Shown: positions 24,668 to 37,352, counted from the stretch's first letter. The stretch is DNA of 64,000 bases from Flectonema sp. DT1601 (GCA_964019425.1 OZ025790.1:620001-684000), one strand, 5' to 3'. Notes: generated from the sequence alone by a model not told the origin. A program made the numbers and translations.

Positions 24668-26407
24668 TTAACACTTCTTTCGAATATCAGGTTTGTGAAC
24701 GCTGCTACCTTTTGTTTTCTTAGCGATTCGAAGAATGCTATAAATCTCCTTGTCAGAGGCAACTGATAAAGGAGTTTTATACGATTTATCCCTGACTTCA
24801 GGATCAGCATCGTGTTTAAGCAGATGTAATATAATGTCCTTCTTACCCATGGCGGATGCGTAAAGTATTGGAGTTCTGCCATCGATGTCGCAGATGTTTG
24901 GATTAGCTCCAACAGATGTCAACATCTCAATTATTTTTAATGAACCGGATCGACAAGCAGCAGATAGCGGAGTGCTTCCACGATCATCTTCGGTGTTAAT
25001 TAAATCATTAAAATCCGAAAACGACATCATTTCTTCCAAACACTCTTCAGTTTCCTTCGAAGGGTTTCCCTCACAGAGAACGTGAAGAGCTGTCTTTCCG
25101 AAATTGTTTTGAATTTTATAATCACATTTGTGTTTTAATAGTGGTCGTAAGAAATGAAACCTCGCTGTCTTACATGCGATATGAAAGGCGGTGTTTCCTT
25201 CTTTAGTAACACAATTAATATTAGGTTGGTATTGTAGTATTGTATTAAACATTAACAGGTCTTCTTTATCACAAGATTCGTGAAGTATTGTTTTTCCATT
25301 TTTGTCTGAGAGATTGACGTCAGCATTAGCTTCCAGTAAGAGTCTCATGACTTCCATTTGATTTCCTTCTGCAGCTGAGATTAGAGGAAACCTTCCTGAG
25401 CAATCTTTTATATTCACAGCAGCTTTGTGAGATAATAATAATTTTACTACTTCTACTCTTCCCCAACTACTGGCGACATTTAATGGTGTCCTTCTAGAAC
25501 GATCCCTTTCATCAACATGACTGTAGGATAGTAAACAAGATACAATATCAAACAGTCCTCTTGCACAAGCAGTTGTTAATGGAATATGACCATTCTTGCA
25601 TTGAATTGTTGGATCAGCTTTGTGTTTCAGTAGATGTGATGCGACTTCTGAATGACCACAAAGACAAGCCACTGCGAGTGGAGTGAAGCTGATTTCATCC
25701 TCAGCATTCAAATCACACTTTGCAGCAACAAGAAGTTCAACAATTTCCAAATGTCCTCCATGAGCTGCTGCATGAAGAGGAGTTCGATAAGTAACAGAAT
25801 CTTTATATTGAGAAATCGTATTATGACATCTCAGTAGTTCTTCAACACAACGAGTGTGTCCTTGAGAAGAGGCTGCTAATAATCCCTTTCCGAGATCTAT
25901 TTCTAATTGATCTCCTTGAGATGATTTATAGCACGCAATCAGATCATTTAAAACATTAATATTCCCATTGTTGCATGCTACTTGAATGGCCAGCGTACCC
26001 GCAGGTTCGATTCCCGCATCGTTGTATATTCCTACTAGGTTTCCCCCATTTCGTACTTCGTTTAGTAGGTTTTCAATAGTGGCATTTTCATCACCCAGTC
26101 TCTCGAGGGCTGATCTTTTCTTTGATCTGATCATTTCCATCTCATCGTGAGATGCAATTCCGAGTTCCATTACTTTTGTGTCTTTACTTAGTATGTTTCC
26201 TTCATAGACAAGATCGAAGTCATCAGGACAAGTTTCTGTTTCTTCAGCAACTTTCTCTTTGAGGTCAGTAATTGAATCCCTCACATCAACAGGTACGTTG
26301 TATTGATTATCAGTAACACTTTTAACTACCAAATACATCACTTTGAGGACTGTGGAGAATATGTTTATGTGAATGGTTGCTGACGAAGGTATGGTTGTGA
26401 ATAACAA
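24668..26407 (-). CDS. Ubiquitin-like domain + ankyrin-repeat protein (true start probably MYLVVKS near 26338)
   Basis: Ubl fold (SITDLKEKVAEE...LVYEGNILSKDTKVMELGI) followed by many TPLHxAxxxG ankyrin repeats. Confidence 0.85.
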   Translation of the reverse strand: MLFTTIPSSATIHINIFSTVLKVMYLVVKSVTDNQYNVPVDVRDSITDLKEKVAEETETCPDDFDLVYEGNILSKDTKVMELGIASHDEMEMIRSKKRSALERLGDENATIENLLNEVRNGGNLVGIYNDAGIEPAGTLAIQVACNNGNINVLNDLIACYKSSQGDQLEIDLGKGLLAASSQGHTRCVEELLRCHNTISQYKDSVTYRTPLHAAAHGGHLEIVELLVAAKCDLNAEDEISFTPLAVACLCGHSEVASHLLKHKADPTIQCKNGHIPLTTACARGLFDIVSCLLSYSHVDERDRSRRTPLNVASSWGRVEVVKLLLSHKAAVNIKDCSGRFPLISAAEGNQMEVMRLLLEANADVNLSDKNGKTILHESCDKEDLLMFNTILQYQPNINCVTKEGNTAFHIACKTARFHFLRPLLKHKCDYKIQNNFGKTALHVLCEGNPSKETEECLEEMMSFSDFNDLINTEDDRGSTPLSAACRSGSLKIIEMLTSVGANPNICDIDGRTPILYASAMGKKDIILHLLKHDADPEVRDKSYKTPLSVASDKEIYSILRIAKKTKGSSVHKPDIRKKC

Positions 26408-26480
26408 CCTAAAAATAATAACTTACAAAAAAAAAAAAAAAAAAGGTGTGTTGTGTAAATGTGACTGAAGTAAAACAGAT

Positions 26481-28694
26481 TCAGGGTGTTAATATTTTTA
26501 ATTTTTTTTGATTTCGCATCACAAACTTCGCAACCCAATCAAACACAGCGGGAGGGTCATCAATTCGATTTGGTTGAAATAGTTTATAAGAATGAAGAAC
26601 ATCATTTAATACCCAAGCATCAGTAATCGTATTAGTGAAGTACGACAGAAACGTTAATGGAGATGACGATGCACACTGGTTTAATAACACCAATGCCAGT
26701 TTTTCAACATTACTGACGTGTTCCTTACGAGCAGAGTGAACCATGTTCCTAACCATATCCGGGGGAAGGTTCATTTTACGATACGGAGGTCGGGGGGGTG
26801 GACTCCCTCCACGATTTCTTGCTGAAAAATAAGCCTCTAACCTTGCCCCATGAAGACGTGATTGTGTCAACAGTGCTGAAGAGATGAATTTATTTCTCAG
26901 TTTAGGACACACACGAGCAGCCTTTGCTGTTGCAGGAATTCCCCAATGAGCCAGATTGACATTCCCTGCCCCTCCGAATGGAGGAGCTGGGAATGTGCAG
27001 TTCTGTTTTTGAAGGTTCTGTTTAACGAGGACGTCATCTCTACCGAGAAGACCAGATGGAATCCTTAGAAGTTGTTCTTCTCGACGGTGTTGTTGTTTAA
27101 TTATCTTATCCTCAACTTGAATCCAAGCTCTTTTCACCCAGGCTTTTCTAACTGTGTGAGAGAATAACCAACACCTTACTAGTCTTTGACAATTTCTTAC
27201 CATTCTATGAAAACAAACTAATGTTACTTTAATTGGTTGTACATCAGTCCATGCGAGTAACAGGTAAGTAATGAATCTAACTGCTCCTCTCTTAACACAC
27301 AGAGTTCCGTATAATTTCATAACAATACGAAGACATCCCCATCGAAGACGTGTTTTAATTTTATTAGCAGCAACTTCAGCAGGTGCTGTAACAACACGTT
27401 GTTTGTTTCTGAAAAGACTCATTCCCCCCGTCAGTAGAGTTAATGCTTTTGCGGTATTCCAACCTGACGACGTTACTACTGGGGATTCTGGGATTTTCCT
27501 CTGAGATTGTAACATTGCTGTACAAGAGTAAATAGTTTTTATGATGACCAACCAATCAGATATTCGCTTTGCTTCAACAAATCGACGTATTTCAGATCGC
27601 CTGATGACATCTTCACGAGGATTAGACTTCTGAGACTGAAGTACTCGAAGCTTTATAAAATCTTTATCTAAGTTGGCCTTCCTGAGTACAGTTCTTTCTG
27701 CTCTCAACTCTCTCTGTTCAGGTGACAAAAATAGAATCTTCCTCCCTGGATTCACATCGTGTACCTTTGAATTTAATTTATTTGATTTCTTAATACTTTC
27801 TTTGAACTCAACCAATCCTATCCCCTGTCTAAGTTGATTAATTCTTTTAGCTAACGTTCCTCTGTAAATGTTATTAAAAGTAGATCTCTTCCTTGTTGTT
27901 GCTGTGGGTGAGATAGGATAATTTAACTGTGATGTCAAGTCTTTCCATCCAGATCTCAGATCTGTAGAAAGTACATCACATAGACGCTCATTCCTGATTG
28001 AAAAACTCTCGCTCTCTTGTGAGAGTTGACAGATTTCATCAATCGACGAACCTTCATCAGAATTGCAATTATCTTTTATCAGATGACATCGACTGGCATT
28101 TTGTGATGCCACTGCATCGGAGATACACGAAGGATTAGTAGCCTTCAGAGAGTATTGAACTTGAGAGAGTAAATTACCGTCGCTGCCAGGTTGCGGAACG
28201 GAAACTCCGTAGGATGAAAAATTTTGAACAGAAACATTGCTGTTTATGGAGAGATTTAGAGGTTCTTGAACTGGGGATTTTGATACCACAGCTGGAGGTG
28301 AGTAGCTGACTGGAATTCCTTCAGAGCGTCTGATCATATGGTTTGAATCTGTTCGTTTTGATTTTGATCTATTCCTTCCTGCAGTCGATTTATTCGATGG
28401 TTTTTTAGGATAAAACCAATTACTTTTTTTATCACTGACGCTAACAACAGTTTCTCTCACTTTTGCAATGTGAGTACTCTTCTGAATTAATTGATACACA
28501 ACTCTAGCACTTTTCATAGCGTCTTCCATCCTTTTCTTCTTCTCCTGCGGTGGAATGGGGGCTCGGTACAGCCGAGTTCTTTTGGAAGCCTTTGTTGATT
28601 TATATTTCTTTTTTATTTTTTGAATTACATCTATCTCATCCTCATCATCAGTGCTGTCGTCAAGTTTTCTACCGATACTTACATTACGTGACAT
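26481..28694 (-). CDS. Hypothetical basic protein
   Basis: 737-aa open frame; no confident domain. Confidence 0.6.
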   Translation of the reverse strand: MSRNVSIGRKLDDSTDDEDEIDVIQKIKKKYKSTKASKRTRLYRAPIPPQEKKKRMEDAMKSARVVYQLIQKSTHIAKVRETVVSVSDKKSNWFYPKKPSNKSTAGRNRSKSKRTDSNHMIRRSEGIPVSYSPPAVVSKSPVQEPLNLSINSNVSVQNFSSYGVSVPQPGSDGNLLSQVQYSLKATNPSCISDAVASQNASRCHLIKDNCNSDEGSSIDEICQLSQESESFSIRNERLCDVLSTDLRSGWKDLTSQLNYPISPTATTRKRSTFNNIYRGTLAKRINQLRQGIGLVEFKESIKKSNKLNSKVHDVNPGRKILFLSPEQRELRAERTVLRKANLDKDFIKLRVLQSQKSNPREDVIRRSEIRRFVEAKRISDWLVIIKTIYSCTAMLQSQRKIPESPVVTSSGWNTAKALTLLTGGMSLFRNKQRVVTAPAEVAANKIKTRLRWGCLRIVMKLYGTLCVKRGAVRFITYLLLAWTDVQPIKVTLVCFHRMVRNCQRLVRCWLFSHTVRKAWVKRAWIQVEDKIIKQQHRREEQLLRIPSGLLGRDDVLVKQNLQKQNCTFPAPPFGGAGNVNLAHWGIPATAKAARVCPKLRNKFISSALLTQSRLHGARLEAYFSARNRGGSPPPRPPYRKMNLPPDMVRNMVHSARKEHVSNVEKLALVLLNQCASSSPLTFLSYFTNTITDAWVLNDVLHSYKLFQPNRIDDPPAVFDWVAKFVMRNQKKLKILTP

Positions 28695-29300
28695 GTGTCC
28701 GGGATAATGAATTAAAGAAACTGTTTTAAAATAACGAAGAAGAATTATTTCACAGAAGACATCACTTCAATTTCATTATTTATCAATAATTATAAAGTCA
28801 ATTTATTACATCAGGCTTTTCCATATCGACTACTGGAGGACATTAGAGTGTTGTGGTAGCCTGCATTAACATAATAAAATACACAAATACGTCTGTGCGA
28901 ACATTACAACACTCCCATCTCCCAACAACAGGAAACAAGAAGAAGATACACAACAAGGAAAACGAGGCACAGCTCAACACACGGAAAACGTCGAAACACT
29001 GAATGCAACACGATCCAGCATTTCGAGAAAAAAAAGGAAGTTTTTTTTTAATTCAGTTTGTGTGTCATATAAACAACATGACACAGCGGAGAGGAAGAAA
29101 CTGCTGTTCTGATTGTCTGGTCGAAAGCTACCAAGCAATTCAGCACAGCATACGAAGCTTACACAGTTAACAACTGGATTGCTACCAGACATATTCGTTG
29201 TCGGGAGAGCGTTTAAAATGGAACAAATAGTGTTTTTTTTTTCTCTTTACTGTTAATTTTTTAATTTTTCTTTTTTTCAGAGAGAGAAAAGCAATACTTT

Positions 29301-31721
<2,421 letters not shown>

Positions 31722-32345
31722 TTAAATTTTCTTTCTTTCGACCACAAACATGAAAACATTCAACTCAACACAAAATACACAAGGATCACGACTGTCACGC
31801 GGATAAAGAACATGCGGCACCGTGGTGCAGCAATGAATGTAACCAAAAAAGCTTGAGAGGGAATCAAAAATAACCTTTTGCCGAAGAATGCCTAAGGCAA
31901 TCAAATCAACTCAGAGATGGAACAAGGATAATGAAATCACCCTTGGCGTTGTTTTTCGTGTCTGCACCACAAAACATTTTGCTACAAATGTATTATAACT
32001 ACGTATATCGTAATATTGCAGCGGATGTTGGGATAGCATGTATATAATGGAACAATAATAAATAAATAGATAAAAAAAGACTTTCCAAGAATATCAAATA
32101 GAATAAGACAACTTCAAATCCAAGTTGATAGAATTAGGGAGAGGAAGGACACGCTACTAACTCCGAATGTGTTTCTTAAAGCTTTCTGGTTCTGAGGGCC
32201 TTCAGAGCCTTGGCAACTTGCTCGCTGCTGCACTCGTTCTCAAAGAAGGTTCCCTGAGCGTCCTGCTCGCACTGGCCAACTGGCTGGGTGCTGCTGGTGG
32301 CGAATCCACTGCAGGTGGTGGAGGTCAGGTAGTCCTTCATCACCA

Positions 32346-33341
32346 GTTCAGAAAGCATTCCTCGACGTCGTTCCCGATGATCCGCAGCATCGAGTCGGTG
32401 TTCTTCGCTACACATGCCTTCTCCCAATCCCGGTTCGAATCCTTCAAGATCTTCAGGGCGAGCTTCACATCCGGACGTAGGTGCTCCGTGTCGAATTGCC
32501 TGGGTTTCGGCATATGTTGCGTTTTCCCGTCGTATGCCTTCAGTCGTAGGTGGTTGACCATCACCGGTTTATGTGTCGGGATGCCGGTGTCGCTTAGAGT
32601 CTGGGTCCTAGACTCCGCTGTTATGGCCGCCGCAGCCGTGTTGTTCAACAGGACGGCGTCGATTCTTCTTAAACCCAGTCCGCCCGTGCAGGTCGGTTCG
32701 GCGCTGTTCATCGCTACCGCGCAATCGGTCCAAAGTCCTTGGCTCGTCGCTAGTTGAATGCAAGCGGATTCGCGGGTGTCCATGTTGAAATCACCACCGA
32801 TCAACACTGGCACATCCCCCAGCGCTGCCGCTTCCCGGAGAGTCAATTTCAGGAGTTCTTCCGTGTTCGCTTCTGATCGTACATCTCCGTAGAACGAAAT
32901 TGCATGTAGAACCTTGCCTTTTCCGTATGCTACGCCAGCGTGTACGTATCTTCCGGAGTCTTCGAGTACCTTCGGTCCTCTGATCCTTCTAATCGGAGCG
33001 TTGTGTTTCGCGAGGACCGCTACTCCACCCGTGGTCTTGTAAGACCGTTCGTCGATTCTTCTCCTTTCGGAGGGTTTGCTGAAGACCGCCGACCAGCCCT
33101 CTCGTTCGAGTTGTTTGAGCATCTTCTTCTGTTCTGTTTCAGAAAGAAGTGTCTCTTGCACTAGGATGATGTCGGCGTCCAGCGCTATCACCGCTGCGAC
33201 GTTTTTCATCATCGTCGTGGTATTCACCGTTGCCACCGAGAATTCCGAAGGGAGTCTCATTGTTGCGTTGTCGTCCCCAATCCGTCCTGTGTCGGTCCAG
33301 CCGCTTCCTCTTCTTTCTGTGTTGTGGAGGTTCCGAGTCAT
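32346..33341 (-). pseudogene. ORF2 N-terminal part: apurinic-like (APE/EEP) endonuclease, truncated before the RT
   Basis: Probable start MTRNLHN at 33341; EEP motifs as listed for copy B; fuses to the cathepsin tail at 32345/32346. Confidence 0.85.
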
Positions 33342-34812
33342 TGCGATTTCTCCAGAACTGCCGCCAGCAGTAGTTCCAACCTCTCCATTCTCGCTTCCAG
33401 TGAGGATCCGGTTGTGTTTGTGCTTGAGGTGGTTTCGGTGGTGTGTTCGGTGTATCCGATCTTCCAGCGTCCCTCCAGAGCTTCGATCCCTTCTTCTTCC
33501 CATGGAACTTCAGGAAGTCGGTCTTGCAGTATCGCTTCCCGTTGTTCTCCGTCGGATCTTTTCGCGTTTCGGGTGGTGTTGCTACAACGCGTTTCACACC
33601 ATTTTGTTGGGTCACCTTCGTTGTTGGCTTCTGTCCCACTTTCTCAACAAGGCAGAGCTTCCCTCCCACCGCGACGGTGTCGGTCTCCCTCTCGGGGCCC
33701 CTCACAATCATCCAGCGGGTACCGTCTCTCACTCCTTCCCAGGTCTTCCTGACGTCCCATCCCTCCTCAGCTATCAGCTGTTTGACTGCCTCATCGGCAG
33801 TCATCCCCAGCGGTATGCCGCTAACCTTCGCTTCTGGCATTTTCGCTGGGATGCCCAGCTTCCTCCTGAGGTGTTCTCTCCGGATCTCCTCACCCTCATT
33901 CCCAGGCCGTCTTTGTTCTGCACCAGTCCGATGCAGTTCGGGTCCTCCTCGGCTTTCACCAGAGCATCGTCCAGTTTTTCTTCGCCCGGGAGCCAGATGA
34001 TAGCTCTGTTTTCGTTCCTGGATTTCTCCATCACGAAAACCCCGGCTTTTCCGGATGTCCGAAGGAAGGCCTCCACTTCTTCCTCTCTAACCCTTACTAC
34101 GGCCGAAGCTTCTTCTGGGTTTATCCTGGGTAAATACCCGTCCACGAAACCCTTCATTTCCCTCAGGCAGGTTGTGACCCTCTTCGGGTTTCGCTGGAAT
34201 CGTTTCCAGTCCTCCGCCGAGCATCTCTTCTTGGTCGCCCTCACGACCAATTCGGTCGTGGGAGCGACGCCTCCCGATCCAGCAATGCCCTTCATCTGGG
34301 CCTCCTTTCCTAGATCCGTGACTTCCTACGATGTCGACGTGTTTCGAGAATTCGAGGGTCACTCCGTTCATCTCTATTTTGTGTCCGTTCTCTTCCCGGT
34401 TGGAGAACCAGTTGCATTTGTGAGGTGCCAGCTGTTGTCCCGTCACTGTGCAGTATTCGGCTACGATGTCGACACCCTTCTGTAGGTCTTCTCTGGCTCC
34501 CACCAGCGTCAGATCGTAGAGATGGGTCTTCCTCTGAGGAGGATTCGGATCCTCCCTTCGCCCTTTTTTTGGTAGAAGGTGAGGGCTTTGGCCCGTCTCC
34601 GTTGAGAGCGTGTGCTCTCCGGTTCCGTTCCTTGCGCGGTGTTGCTGGGTCTCCGTTGGGGACCTTCCATCCTTCTCGCCTGGCGGGGTCCGGCGGTTTG
34701 TTGGTGTTTGGTGGTGTTGACGGTGCTGGTGGTGCTGTCGGTGCCTCTGCATCTTTCGGTCTATCGTTTCCGGTGTCCAGGAGCGCCCCGAGGAGGCAAA
34801 TGCACAGCTCCC
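33338..34812 (-). pseudogene. ORF1 (gag-like) of the retrotransposon, broken by a 206-nt insertion and two apparent 1-nt frameshifts
   Basis: Reconstructed: ...AEAPTAPP...EEDPSL|GKEAQMKG...FLRTSGKAGVFV...GLGMRVRR/LRRKLGIPAKMPEAKVSGIP...QPDP/SLEARMERLELLLAAVLEKSQ*. Its TGA overlaps the ORF2 ATG (ATGA, 33338-33341). Confidence 0.65.
34748..34812 (-). ncRNA. HDV-like self-cleaving ribozyme at the 5' end of retrotransposon B
   Basis: GGGAGC(P1) TG TGCATTT(P2) GCC(P3) TCCTCGG(L3) GGC(P3') GCTCCT(P1', G1-U wobble) GG(P1.1) ACACCGGAAACGATAGA(weak P4) CCGAA(J4/2, catalytic C) AGATGCA(P2'). Confidence 0.85.
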
Positions 34813-34831
34813 TTAACCCTCCATTGCAACC
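34813..34831 (-). repeat. Third copy of the cathepsin target site (GGTTGCAATGGAGGGTTAA) between elements A and B
   Basis: 18/19 identical to the TSD at 30101/31013; the difference is a synonymous GGC/GGT change. Confidence 0.9.
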
Positions 34832-37073
34832 TGATATGTTTAGTTTTGAGTGCCGTCACCCAGTCTGTACAAAGACAGCCCTGTCGGATGATGCGACACT
34901 TTTCCGACCTATCTAGGTCAGGCCCTTACCCTCCCGTCTCCCCTCGACGTCTCCCGTCTTTTCCTTGGTGAAACCAAGGCCCAGCAGGGTTCCCTGTCCC
35001 TTCACTTCCTTCTTCGTCTTCCGTTTAGGAGCAGGTTTCGGTGGCAGTTGTCCGTGGTGTTTGTGTGAGCAGCACCAGGATGCCAGTCGGTGCGACCGGT
35101 TCGCGTTGCGACCGCAGCTTAGACAGATCGGTCTGTCGTGTTGTTTGCACCTGTGATGGTGCTTCCCGCAGCAGGTGTCGGCTGTCTTCCTCTGCGAGTA
35201 GCAACTCCCGCATGCCGTCATCCTGTGCTTCGTACAGAAGTCCCAGGGGGGTCAGTCCGTCTGATTCGTCATTTCGTGGTGGTTGTAGCAGCATTCGTAG
35301 ATTGCCACTTCCACCGCGTTGTCGCATGTCGCGCACTTCCCCTTGCGGTGAAGTTTGCATACCGGTGGTGGCTTTTTTCCTAGTGGCGGTGGTCTCTTCG
35401 TTGCTTCCTCCGGGGCCACAACTGAGTCCTCTTGTTCGCGCATCACCGTCCATCTCGCATCCCATTCAGGTGAGGGTTCCTCGGAAGCAGTCTTCCTCCA
35501 AATGTCAGCTTTCTTTTCCCATCCCGGCGGGTGTTCGATGAACGTGTTGCTGCCGAAAGGTTGTTCGGGGTACAGGTCTTTCTTCTCGTGTGCGTCCGAG
35601 ATCAGGTCTTCTACCTTCCGGGCAGATTCTTCACCTCCGAGGAACGTCGATCTCCTGTCGATTCCCGCAATTCTCGGTCCGTCCAGCGGTCGTAGAGATT
35701 TGATCACTTCCTTGATGTTGCCATCGGGGTAGATTCTCTTGTCCGGTCCGTCCATTTCCTTCGCGATCCTGTCTATCTTCACCAGTAGGTTGGCGAAGGT
35801 TCTCGATTTCTTGTCCATTGAAATCGGGTGGGTGCTTTCGGTGTGGCTGGTGGTGGCTTCTTTCAATCTGATTCCCGTGCAGATCTCGAAGTCCACCGCC
35901 ATTTCCAGGAAGGTTATCCCGTTTCCGTCCTTCCTTGCCGCCCACTTGATCCTGTTCAAGTAGCTTGCAATCGCGAGGTATGTTTCTCTCGTATTGCATC
36001 CCGGCCAGGCTCGGTAGTTAGGCATGTATCGGGCCAGGTTGTTGGGGTACGAGATCATCTCTTCGGAGCTCCAGTCGCCGGCGTATTTCAGTGTGGTGGT
36101 CGGTCGTGCCGTCCGATCGCAACGTCTTCTGTCTCTCTCGAGTCTGATTCGCGCCAACATCAGTTGCATCCTCCCAGTGATTCCGTCCGGAAGTTCCATT
36201 TCCAGGGGTTTTATCCCGCAGAGTCTGAGACATGGTGGCCAGGATTCTGAGTAAACATGCATTACGTCAGGAAATTCAGAACGGATTTCGTCGTATGATG
36301 TGCATATCCAGAAGTTGTGGTCAAGGGATTCCACCTTTTCCTCACCATCCTCCGTACAGTTCTTGCACGTCTTGTCCCCACCTCCGGCATTCTCATTGGT
36401 GAAGATGTCGTCCATCATAATGCTCCTGACAACCCCTCTTTCCAACGGCAGTCCCAACTTCAGCAGTTGTAGGGTTTCTCCTCTGTCGATACCGTTTTCG
36501 ATTCCTTTCAGGTTCACTCTCTGTTTAGTGACCTTCTTCCACTCGATCAGCCTGCAGCTTTCACGGATCTCGTGCTGCCAGGCTCCCAGTTCCAGATCGT
36601 TCATGTTGAAGGTCTTCGTCGGTGTTTTGATTTCCAACGGTGATTCCCAGCTCCATCCCATTCTCCGTAGTGATTCCATCACCAATCCGATAGGGCCTCT
36701 CGTTCGGGTGGATTCTTTCGCCTTCCTCCATGTATCGATTATTCTTTCTCGGAATTTGTCGAGCATCCGTACGAACATCGATAGCCTGTTGTAGGTTATA
36801 TAGGTGTCCGGGTTTACGCAGTGTCCCTTGCACAGTAGTGATAATCCTATCGTGTTCGATAGTTTACTTCCTTTTACCTTCCTATTGAAGATCGCTGCTG
36901 CCATCGTGCTTTTCAGCTGACCCAGTCGTTTCTGATCTGGTTGGTACAGCTCTATGCCGAACAGGGCGCTCGTCATGACAGCTGCGGTCGCGATCATTGC
37001 TCTCTTGTAATACTTCAGGGGTAGCAGTTTGATCCTTCTCGCTCTCTCGAGAAGTTCCTTCGTGATCCTCCAC
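34832..37073 (-). mobile_element. Non-LTR retrotransposon copy A: 5'-truncated 3' half (post-RT region, CCHC knuckle, Cys/His repeats, 81-nt 3' UTR)
   Basis: ORF 35252-37075 contains ERARRIKLLPL, SALFGIE and CKNC...ESLDHNFWIC. It continues in the same frame past one TGA (35252-35254) to TAG at 34913, and ends ...CAAAACTAAACATATCA at the target site. Confidence 0.85.
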
Positions 37074-37352
37074 ACATCTTGGCTGGGCCAGCCTTGGTAG
37101 GAACGTTCAGGCTGTGGTACACTTTGAACTCATCAGCGCTCAGGTCAGAGTAAACGTTCATTCCGAAGCTCGCTCCAGGGTTTGAAGCCTCCAGCTCAGC
37201 TCCCTTCATCATGTTGTTCTTGAAGATCGATCTTCTCTTCACTTCGTCAGATCCGGAGTACTGCTTTCCGTAGGTCTCCTTGTAGTTGCTCCACAACAGA
37301 CCCTCGTTCTCCTCAACGTAGCTGAGGGGAAGGGCCGAGGTGGCCGCGGCCA

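Larger units (their letters stand above)
32346..34812 (-). mobile_element. Non-LTR retrotransposon copy B: 5' half (ribozyme, ORF1, APE endonuclease of ORF2), 3'-deleted
   Basis: APE motifs VATVN, DIILVQET, GGVAVL, PVLIGGDFN, EPTC, RIDAVL and PTHKPV. The upstream ORF1-like region is in several frameshifted pieces. The element begins immediately after target GGGTTAA. Confidence 0.9.

Noticed and set aside
33076..34485. 469-aa plus-strand ORF and other plus-strand ORFs over the retroelement, RTX and WH2 genes
   Set aside because: Antisense shadows of GC-rich or repetitive coding sequence with no recognisable domains.
34087..34752. 221-aa ORF starting in the ribozyme P2' strand as a real gene
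   Set aside because: It is a composite of an off-frame ORF1 reading and the inserted RT fragment.
34813..34821. Target contains telomere-like AGGGTTA
   Set aside because: Only 7 nt and explained by Gly-Gly-Leu codons; no telomeric array nearby.
35860..35950. Restriction-like endonuclease motif (ITFLEMAVDFE) making a dual-endonuclease element
   Set aside because: No upstream PD motif and no downstream K-x-x-K-Y seen; resemblance is superficial.
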